Positions 56,937-64,000 of a DNA stretch of 64,000 bases are shown piece by piece. Within the stretch, counting starts at the first letter, position 1, and every line of letters begins with the position of its first letter. The stretch is from Candidatus Saelkia tenebricola (GTDB lineage: Bacteria; Omnitrophota; Gorgyraeia; Kaelpiales; Kaelpiaceae): positions 49,087-113,086 of the forward strand of contig JAVCDA010000010.1 of the NCBI GenBank assembly GCA_030765145.1. The letters are read 5' to 3'. The translations under genes were made by a program, and so were the position numbers. The notes beneath the pieces were generated by a model. It was not told the origin of the DNA. It ran no database searches and was given only the letters and a program-made list of their open reading frames with translations.

Positions 56937-59356
56937 TTTAAATTTTTCACCCTCAGGAAGTTTTTACAATCCAGATCGTAGACGCTGGACAATTTTTCTA
57001 ATTCGGGAGTCAATTCCACATTATGTAAAAGTGCTGCGATATTATTTTGTACAATATAAGTGTAATAGTCAATGTTTAAGTTTTTCATTTGGCCATGAAA
57101 TTGTATTAAAACATTAATCTCATTAGAGTTAGGTTCGTTTAAAATTTTAAAAGAAAGTTCTTCGGCAATAGAACGCACCATTCTATTGATTCCTTCTTCT
57201 TTGACATTGAGTTTCAGCTGTTTAGTTTTTTTAAAAAACTCATTGAGCCCTTCAATCCATTTAAAATCCATATCATGCTTGAACTTTAAAAGTGCATCTT
57301 TTATCTTATAATTCCAAATACTTGCTCCTAAAAAATGCATCTCGGATGGGAGCATTAATCCTATATCTTTATATTTTTCCCAAAGAGGCTTATTGCCCGC
57401 CCAAACTTCATCTAATGCTTTAAAAATAGATTCTTTCTTATATGCAAAAACCTGCTCCACTATCTTTTCCTGTTCTTCAATATGTATATCTTTTATCCGG
57501 TAAAATTTGTCAGTAAAAAATTTTTCAATAACCTCTTTAAGCTTATTCTTGTCAGAAATCCAAATCTCTCCTTCAAACAATTGTTTTAGTTCATCAAATT
57601 TAGCGCCTTCAAATTCATTCAAATAGCAAACTGTACTGTTAAAGTCACCTTCTTCTCCTTTATCTACAAGATACATTTTCTCAACATATTCTTTAATGCG
57701 GCTATCACAGCATTTAATTCTGCCTATATTTATTCCCTTTTTACCCTTAACAATTTTGTGCTCCTCCTGATTATCTATTTCGAATTTATAAAATCTTTTG
57801 TCCGTCTTCAAAAAAGAGTTGTAAATCAAAAAACTTGTTATGTAATGATCCCATTCCTTAGTATCTGGTAAAACCTGCTTCTGATAAATATCTCTTCCAT
57901 TGTGGAATTTAGAGATGTTACTTTTTGCCTGGGAGAGTTTTTCCATAAACATTTTTTCTAAATCATAAGCGGAAACTTCTCTTGCCAGCTGAATTGCACG
58001 AGCTGCATACCTCAAATTCTGAACTGTTTCTATCCCAGATAATTCATCAAAAAACCATCCGCAGCTGGTATAAAAGAGCATTCCCATGTGTTCCATTTCG
58101 AGAAGCTTTAACGCTTTGACAACATTGCCCTCAGAGTCAAATAAATTCTGACTGGCAAATTTCTTAATTGTATCATCAGAAGGAGAGATTATGATTTCAA
58201 TAAATTCATTTCTAGCTCTCCAAGGATCTTTAAAGATTTCTGCCCCTTCTTTTAAAAATATTTTGTCCAACTCACTTCTTAGCCAATCTAATGTTTCTCT
58301 TAAAGGTTTTCTCCATTTCTGATTCCATTTTGGATTAGTACCTATTCTACATCCGCAATCATCCATCCAACGCTTTACACCATGAGAACAACTCCAGGCC
58401 GTACCTAGGTCATTCTCTCCCCTTTTTATTTCTACTTCATATTCAGGAGGATACTTGCTTAGAAAATTGGCAAAATTTACGCATTGAATACCACGGTCTG
58501 GCAATTCATGTTTCATTAAATGCCCTAGGCACATTTCACTGAAAGGATGATGGTGCCCGAATGTTTCCCCATCTGTAGCAATTGAAACTAAAAAATCGTC
58601 ACCCTCATAAAAAGATGCAATCTTATCAGCACAGAATTGGGCACTGCGCATAATATGTTGGAACGATATCGCATGAGAAAGCTCTCCGTGATAGAAAAAA
58701 CAATCGATATATTTATTCTTTTCTTCATCCAAAAAAATCCTGTAAGGAGTTTTTATACCTATAGAACCATTTGATACATCAATCCATTCCTTATCTCCAA
58801 TCTTTCTGAACTTTTCTGCTTGATGGGGAGACAGGATAATATATTTTATATTGTGTTTCACCAGACATTTTAGAGTCTCGTAATTACAAGCTGTTTCCGG
58901 CAACCAGAATCCTTCTGTTTCTCTCCCGAAAATATGCTCGAAAAACCTTTTGCCCCAATAGATTTGGGTATCTTTGTCATGTTCATTTGCCAGAGGCATA
59001 ATCATATGGTTATAGCTTTGAGCAATAGCATTACCATGCCCATCATTATTTGCCATTCCTTCTTTATCCCCTTCTTTAAGAAATTCTATGAACTCCGGGT
59101 GATACTGCCTTAACCAGAGTAAAAGCGTGGGACCAAAGTTAAAATTAATGTAGGAATAATTATTCACCATTTCCACAATATTGCCTTCGCGATTAAATGT
59201 CCGCGATGTAGCATTAGGCAGATAACATTCCCAGTATATTCTTTCATTCCAATCATGCGATGGATAAGCAGAAGGCTGTCGGGCAACAAACTGCCACCAA
59301 GGGTCTTCACGAGGTGGTTGATAGAAATGTCCATGCAGGACGAAGAATTTATTCAT
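56933..59356 (-). CDS. Glycoside hydrolase family 57-like protein (alpha-glucan processing) with a C-terminal extension.
   Basis: N-terminal LHGHFYQPPRE, and the GH57 nucleophile context SIATDGETFGHHH. Confidence 0.5.
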   Translation of the reverse strand: MNKFFVLHGHFYQPPREDPWWQFVARQPSAYPSHDWNERIYWECYLPNATSRTFNREGNIVEMVNNYSYINFNFGPTLLLWLRQYHPEFIEFLKEGDKEGMANNDGHGNAIAQSYNHMIMPLANEHDKDTQIYWGKRFFEHIFGRETEGFWLPETACNYETLKCLVKHNIKYIILSPHQAEKFRKIGDKEWIDVSNGSIGIKTPYRIFLDEEKNKYIDCFFYHGELSHAISFQHIMRSAQFCADKIASFYEGDDFLVSIATDGETFGHHHPFSEMCLGHLMKHELPDRGIQCVNFANFLSKYPPEYEVEIKRGENDLGTAWSCSHGVKRWMDDCGCRIGTNPKWNQKWRKPLRETLDWLRSELDKIFLKEGAEIFKDPWRARNEFIEIIISPSDDTIKKFASQNLFDSEGNVVKALKLLEMEHMGMLFYTSCGWFFDELSGIETVQNLRYAARAIQLAREVSAYDLEKMFMEKLSQAKSNISKFHNGRDIYQKQVLPDTKEWDHYITSFLIYNSFLKTDKRFYKFEIDNQEEHKIVKGKKGINIGRIKCCDSRIKEYVEKMYLVDKGEEGDFNSTVCYLNEFEGAKFDELKQLFEGEIWISDKNKLKEVIEKFFTDKFYRIKDIHIEEQEKIVEQVFAYKKESIFKALDEVWAGNKPLWEKYKDIGLMLPSEMHFLGASIWNYKIKDALLKFKHDMDFKWIEGLNEFFKKTKQLKLNVKEEGINRMVRSIAEELSFKILNEPNSNEINVLIQFHGQMKNLNIDYYTYIVQNNIAALLHNVELTPELEKLSSVYDLDCKNFLRVKNLK

Positions 59357-59362
59357 TTAAAT

Positions 59363-59824
59363 TTATGTTTCTTGCTCCATTTCCTCAAAAGCTTTAAGCA
59401 CTTCATCAGATGAAGTGACAGAAAGAAGCTTTTTACGAAAGTATTCTTTTCTAAGCATCCTACTAAGATGAGCAAGAGTCTTAAGGTAATTACCAACATC
59501 ATTTTTAGGAGTTGCGATTAGAAAAATCAGTTGAACCGGATTGGCATCCAAAGCAGCAAATTCAACCCCCTGCGTGCTTCTTCCAAAAACTATAACAAGT
59601 TGTTTTATCCCTATGCTTCTGGCATGAGGCAGTGCTATACCTTCCCCAACACCTGTAGAACCGAGTTGTTCTCTTTCATAAACATTTTGCAAAAATACAT
59701 CCGCATCTATGACTTCAGGATTGTTCCGCATCAATTCTGTCAACTCTGCTATCGCAGATTCTTTATCCTGAGAATCTATTTCCAGTTTAATAAGCTCTTT
59801 TTTCAAAAGCTGGCTTATTTTCAT
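59363..59824 (-). CDS. ptsN: PTS EIIA type-2 (PtsN / EIIA-Ntr-like).
   Basis: GIALPHARS phosphorylation-site motif. 153 aa. Confidence 0.7.
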   Translation of the reverse strand: MKISQLLKKELIKLEIDSQDKESAIAELTELMRNNPEVIDADVFLQNVYEREQLGSTGVGEGIALPHARSIGIKQLVIVFGRSTQGVEFAALDANPVQLIFLIATPKNDVGNYLKTLAHLSRMLRKEYFRKKLLSVTSSDEVLKAFEEMEQET

Positions 59825-59978
59825 TTACTACCGCCTCCTTCCAACATTACACAAAATTTTTTGTTAAAACAATATGTTAGTTCATATTTCAATACTGTCA
59901 AGGGTAAAAGAAAATACATCTCTACGCCTTAACCTTGGCTCCTGAAAACACCCCCTCACAGAGATAAGAACAGGGATT

Positions 59979-60527
59979 TTAAACCTTAGGTAAAGTGATT
60001 TCTTTCTGTGCCTGATATTTACCCTTCTTATCTTTATAGGAAATCAGGCAATCTTCATCAGATTCTAAAAAAATTATCTGGGCAATACCTTCATTGGCAT
60101 ATATTTTAGTAGATACAGAAGATGTATTTGATATTGAAAGAGTCGCATATCCTTCCCATTCCGGCTCAAAAGGAGTTACGTTAACAACAACACCGCATCG
60201 GGCATATGAAGATTTGCCAAAACAAACGGTTAAAATATTTCTTGGAATGCAAAAGTATTCCAAAGATTTTCCCAACACAAAACTGTTGGCCGGAATAATA
60301 CAACAATCCGTAACTACAGTTTCAAATGCTTGGGAAGGAAAATTCTTAGGATCAAGAATGATATTTTCAGCGGGTTTAAAGATTTTAAACTCATTGCTTA
60401 GCCTGAAATCATAGCCATAACTTGATACACCGTAACTTATACCTGTTTTAACCTGCGAATCCTGAAACGGATCAATCATTTTACAATCTAAAGCCGTTTT
60501 TTTAATCCATTTATCTGATTTAATCAT
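59979..60527 (-). CDS. dcd: dCTP deaminase.
   Basis: [22 protein letters not shown]. Lies immediately downstream of nrdJ. Confidence 0.8.
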   Translation of the reverse strand: MIKSDKWIKKTALDCKMIDPFQDSQVKTGISYGVSSYGYDFRLSNEFKIFKPAENIILDPKNFPSQAFETVVTDCCIIPANSFVLGKSLEYFCIPRNILTVCFGKSSYARCGVVVNVTPFEPEWEGYATLSISNTSSVSTKIYANEGIAQIIFLESDEDCLISYKDKKGKYQAQKEITLPKV

Positions 60528-60539
60528 AACTTAAACCCT

Positions 60540-62789
60540 TTAACATTTAGAATATCCGCAGCCCATACATTTCAGGCAACCTTCTTCATGAAGCAAAGCA
60601 TTACCACAATCAGGACAAACTCCAACAATGTTTTTTCCCTTAACATATACTGGCATCCTTACCTCTTGAGGCTGCAATTCACCCTTTGCTTCTTTTTCTC
60701 TCATTCTATCTTCAATAACTTTCGCAATGGCATCAGCACAGGAAAATATTCTCGTTCCGCCTTTTTCCCATGACGGTGCAGGACAACGAATCCCACGTAA
60801 TTGAGTAGTTATTTCTTTTGTATCCACACCAGCCCTGCAAGACATAGAAACAAGCCTTCCTATAGCCTCGAGCTGCGAAGCTGCGCAACCACCTGCTTTA
60901 CCCATCTGCATAAACACCTCAAACGGCTGATTATTTTCATCTTCATTTATCGTAACATATAAAGTTCCACATCCAGTGACAACTTTTGTTGTGGTCCCTT
61001 TTACAACCTGTGGCCTAGGCCGAGGTGCTATTTTAAAATTCACAGAAGCACCTTCTGTTTTTCCGACCTCCATAGTCGTATTACCTATGTTTATAACCTG
61101 CTCTTCTCTGCTTTTATCCCGATATATGGTCATACCCTTGCACCCTGATTTATAGGCTAAAATATACGCGTTTTTTACATCTTCAACACTAGCTTGATTA
61201 GTAAAATTTATGGTTTTTGATGTAGCATTGTGAACAAATTTTTGAAACGCTGCCTGCATTTTAATATGCCATTCGGGCTTAATATCATGAGCTGTAACAA
61301 AAATATTTCTAACATCTTCTGGAATTTCCATGATATGCGCACAACTACCTTTTTGCTCAATTTTTTTCATCAAATCCTCGGAATAAAAACCTCTTTTTTG
61401 AGCTTCTTTTTCAAAATAAGGATTGACCTTAAGCAACCTGTCATTATCCATAACATGCCTGGTATAAACCAATGCAAATAAAGGTTCGACACCGGAAGAA
61501 CAACTTGAAATTATGCTGATAGTACCTGTAGGAGCAATTGTTGTTAAAGTGGCATTTCTGATTTTTATTCCTTTCTTATCCCATACACTTCCCTGATAAG
61601 CAGGAAATACCCCTTTTTCCTCAGACAGCTCCTGAGATTTAACAATTGCCTCATTTAAAATAAACCCCATAACCTCTTCTGCTAAGTTGATAGCTTCATC
61701 GCTGTCATATCCAAGTCCAAGCCTAACCAGCATATCAGCCCAGCCCATGACACCTAAACCTATTTTACGAGTTAATTTTGTTTTCTCCCCTATCTCAGAA
61801 AACGGAAATTGATTTTTATCTATTACATTATCCAGAAAATGCACCGCTAAATGCGTAATCTCTTTTAATCCTTCCCAATCAACCGCACGCTCTTTTTCTT
61901 TAACCATTTTAGATAAATTTATACTTCCTAAATTACAAGATTCATAAGGAAGCAGTGGCTGTTCCCCGCATGGGTTAGTCGACTCAATTTTACCAATATT
62001 CGGGGTGGGGTTATCTTTATTAATCTGGTCGATAAAAACAATGCCCGGCTCGCCATTTTTCCAGGCTTGTTTAACGATTAAATCAAAAACCTCTCTGGCT
62101 TTTAAAGTTTTAACCGTTTCCTGAGTATGCGGATCTATTACATCATATTGTCCATCTTCTTCAACCTGCTTCATAAACTCATCTGTAATAGCAATTGAAA
62201 TGTTGAAATTTGTAATCTCCTTGTTGTCATCTTTACAAGTAATAAAATCTAAAATGTCAGGATGGTCTACTCTTAATATTCCCATATTGGCACCGCGTCT
62301 TCTACCGCCCTGCTTAATTTCCTGTGTTGCAGCATTATAAACTTTCATAAAAGAAATCGGCCCTGATGAAACTCCGTCTGTAGAACGAACCCTGCTGTTT
62401 CTAGGACGCAATCTTGAAAAATCAAACCCTGTGCCTCCGCCTGACTTATGAATCAGGCTAGTGGCTTTAAGAGTATCAAAGATTGAACTTATAGAATCAT
62501 TTATCGGTAAAACAAAACACGCCGATAATTGCCCTAAAGGCCGGCCTGCATTCATTAGGGTAGGAGAATTGGGCATGAATTCTAATCTAGACATCATATT
62601 GCAAAAAGATTTTTCGATTTCTTTTACTTGGCTCTCGCTCTTACCGTATGCTATATCAGCAGACGCGATATGTTTAGCAACTCTTTCAAACATCTCCTCA
62701 GGTGACTCGACAACATTTCCAGAATCATCTTTAGTGAGATACCTTTTCTCAAGAACTTTGAGAGCATTTTGGGTAAGATTTGATTCCAT
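60540..62789 (-). CDS. nrdJ: Class II (adenosylcobalamin-dependent) ribonucleotide reductase NrdJ with a C-terminal zinc ribbon.
   Basis: RNR barrel motifs, C-terminal CPDCG..C..CMGCG. The likely start is the internal ATG at 62789 (MESNLTQ), which has an AGGAGG RBS 7 nt upstream. The ORF-track start at 62822 is an upstream extension. Confidence 0.85.
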   Translation of the reverse strand: MESNLTQNALKVLEKRYLTKDDSGNVVESPEEMFERVAKHIASADIAYGKSESQVKEIEKSFCNMMSRLEFMPNSPTLMNAGRPLGQLSACFVLPINDSISSIFDTLKATSLIHKSGGGTGFDFSRLRPRNSRVRSTDGVSSGPISFMKVYNAATQEIKQGGRRRGANMGILRVDHPDILDFITCKDDNKEITNFNISIAITDEFMKQVEEDGQYDVIDPHTQETVKTLKAREVFDLIVKQAWKNGEPGIVFIDQINKDNPTPNIGKIESTNPCGEQPLLPYESCNLGSINLSKMVKEKERAVDWEGLKEITHLAVHFLDNVIDKNQFPFSEIGEKTKLTRKIGLGVMGWADMLVRLGLGYDSDEAINLAEEVMGFILNEAIVKSQELSEEKGVFPAYQGSVWDKKGIKIRNATLTTIAPTGTISIISSCSSGVEPLFALVYTRHVMDNDRLLKVNPYFEKEAQKRGFYSEDLMKKIEQKGSCAHIMEIPEDVRNIFVTAHDIKPEWHIKMQAAFQKFVHNATSKTINFTNQASVEDVKNAYILAYKSGCKGMTIYRDKSREEQVINIGNTTMEVGKTEGASVNFKIAPRPRPQVVKGTTTKVVTGCGTLYVTINEDENNQPFEVFMQMGKAGGCAASQLEAIGRLVSMSCRAGVDTKEITTQLRGIRCPAPSWEKGGTRIFSCADAIAKVIEDRMREKEAKGELQPQEVRMPVYVKGKNIVGVCPDCGNALLHEEGCLKCMGCGYSKC

Positions 62790-62823
62790 GGTAAATCCTC
62801 CTTTCTTATAAGAAACCAACATA

Positions 62824-62872
62824 ATACAACCTGTTGTGTTATGTCAAGAGTAAAATACAACATTTAGTATTA
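62824..62872 (-). promoter_or_regulatory. Two putative NrdR boxes upstream of nrdJ.
   Basis: ATACAACCTGTTGTGTTA (62824-62841, palindromic ACAAC-N2-GTTGT) and ATACAACATTTAGTATTA (62855-62872). Centre-to-centre spacing is 31 bp, which matches the three-helical-turn spacing of known NrdR box pairs. Confidence 0.4.
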
Positions 62873-62912
62873 TTTGCCGAATTTAGGGGGTTTAAAGAAA
62901 TGCTGAATTTTC

Positions 62913-64000
62913 TTATAAAACCGCTAGTCTATCCTTTCTGCTCTTTAAAAATTTCACCAATTTATGATACGGCCATGCATTTATAACATCATTTTTACCA
63001 AGCCACCCACGCTTGGCAACAGAAACGCCGTATTTTATCATATTAAATTGATCTTGAAAATGAGTATCTGTGTTAATGGAAATTAGAACACCTTCTTCCT
63101 TCGCCCGGCGCACATTAATATCAGTTAAATCAAGTCTTAAGTAATGGGAATTTATTTCAAGCGCTGTTTTATATTTTTTTGCAACTTCAAATAACCTATC
63201 CCAATTAATTTCATAGCCACTTCTTGAACCCATCAATCTTCCTGTTGGATGGGCAATAATATCAACAAGCCCAGTTTCAATTGCACAAACAATCCTCGCT
63301 GTGATTTTTTCTTTGTCTTGTTTAAGTCCAACATGAATTGCCCCTAAGACAATATCTAGCTTTTCTAAAACTTTTTTGTCTAAATCCAAGGTCCCATCGG
63401 TTTGAATATCCGCTTCGATCCCACAAAGTATATGAAAATTTTTATATTTCCTTTCTATCTTTTTAATTTTCTTAATCTGCTCCAGCACTTTTGACTCATC
63501 TAAACCGCCTGCGATACCCAATGATTTAGAATGGTCTGTGATAGCTATATATTTATACCCTCTCTTATGTGCTATATCGATTATCTCATCCAAAGCATGC
63601 ACCCCGTCACTCCAATTAGAATGAATATGCAAATCTCCTTTGATATCTTTAACCTCTATTAAATTCGGCAGCTTTCCATTAACAGCTGCATCAATCTCCC
63701 CTGAATCCTCTCTTATTTCTGGAGGTATCCAATCCATACCCAAAACTTTGTAAACATCCTGTTCTATCCCGCCGGAAATTTTTTTACCTGTTTTCTCCTG
63801 AAACACCCCATATTCATTTACCTTTAAACCCTTCCTTTGGGACAAAGCTCGTAAATGAACATTATGATTTTTAGAACCTGTAAAATATTGTAACGCTGCA
63901 CCAAAAAAATCACTATTAACTACTCTCAAATCAACTTGAATATTATTTTTTGTTACAACGCTTGCTTTAGTAGGCCCTTGAGCGATAATTTTCTTAACCA
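62913..64000 (-). CDS. DNA polymerase X family protein, C-terminal part (pol-beta thumb plus PHP domain). The 5' end lies outside the window.
   Basis: FGAALQYFTGSKNHNVHLR..KGLKVNEYG (PolX), then the PHP domain GDLHIHSNWSDG..ITDHS. The frame stays open to position 64000. The M at 63929 in the ORF track is a TTG and not the true start. Confidence 0.65.
   Translation of the reverse strand, partial: VKKIIAQGPTKASVVTKNNIQVDLRVVNSDFFGAALQYFTGSKNHNVHLRALSQRKGLKVNEYGVFQEKTGKKISGGIEQDVYKVLGMDWIPPEIREDSGEIDAAVNGKLPNLIEVKDIKGDLHIHSNWSDGVHALDEIIDIAHKRGYKYIAITDHSKSLGIAGGLDESKVLEQIKKIKKIERKYKNFHILCGIEADIQTDGTLDLDKKVLEKLDIVLGAIHVGLKQDKEKITARIVCAIETGLVDIIAHPTGRLMGSRSGYEINWDRLFEVAKKYKTALEINSHYLRLDLTDINVRRAKEEGVLISINTDTHFQDQFNMIKYGVSVAKRGWLGKNDVINAWPYHKLVKFLKSRKDRLAVL

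Noticed and set aside
62790-62912. A cobalamin riboswitch upstream of nrdJ
   Set aside because: The 5' region is only about 120 nt. It is occupied by the putative NrdR boxes and lacks a recognisable B12-box (no rAGYCMGgAgaCCkGCC-like element). B12 riboswitches normally control B12-independent isozymes and not NrdJ.
1-64000. Mobile element, prophage or integrative island boundaries
   Set aside because: There are no integrase, transposase, recombinase or phage structural ORFs. There are no flanking direct repeats or tRNA targets. The glycan island is co-directional with its neighbours and has similar apparent composition by eye.

Overview
AT-rich bacterial chromosome segment, probably a diderm because a PilQ secretin is present, from an uncultured or anaerobic lineage. 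Almost every gene is on the minus strand. No rRNA, tRNA, CRISPR array, transposase or integrase was found. Several blocks can be read from the sequence. (1) 1-7300: a type IV pilin gene sits next to a GtrB/Dpm1-like GT2 and three tandem PMT/TMTC-like membrane proteins carrying TPR repeats, plus a second GT2 and a polytopic membrane protein. This looks like a pilin or protein O-glycosylation module. (2) 7300-17000: a type IV pilus machinery operon with a PilZ membrane protein, PilC, PilB, a degenerate receiver with Glu at the phosphoacceptor position, a FimV/HubP-like TM-coiled-coil-TPR protein, the PilQ secretin, a PilP-like protein, PilO and a fused PilM-PilN. (3) 17000-27300: housekeeping genes (PpiD-like chaperone, NrdR, dCMP deaminase, GlyA, RpiB, LMW-PTP, TsaC, PurE, PurD, PurM, PurB). 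(4) 27300-50700: a roughly 23 kb glycan biosynthesis island of unusual composition, all on one strand. It has a DegT aminotransferase, an HddC/HddA-like heptose-activating pair, two huge membrane proteins, three B12-binding radical SAM enzymes, two SPASM-type radical SAM enzymes, a PHP-domain/Zn-ribbon protein, two Fcl-like and one further NAD epimerase/reductase, an SDR, a split transketolase, a PDH-E1 alpha/beta-like TPP pair and two small paralogous GT2-like proteins. (5) 50800-54450: a four-subunit 2-oxoacid:ferredoxin oxidoreductase operon (porGDAB) with a small unknown gene and a ferredoxin, closed by a clear hairpin terminator. About 2.7 copies of a 51-bp tandem repeat, each with a TTGACA motif, lie upstream of it. 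(6) 54650-64000: a long-form class II FBP aldolase, MetF-like MTHFR, a GH57 glycoside hydrolase, PtsN (EIIA-Ntr), dCTP deaminase, class II B12-dependent ribonucleotide reductase NrdJ with two putative NrdR boxes upstream, and a partial DNA polymerase X (PHP domain) running off the window edge. The two most novel-looking parts are the rSAM-rich sugar-tailoring island and the pilin-linked PMT/TMTC glycosylation module. All calls rest on motif recognition by eye and none was checked against a database.
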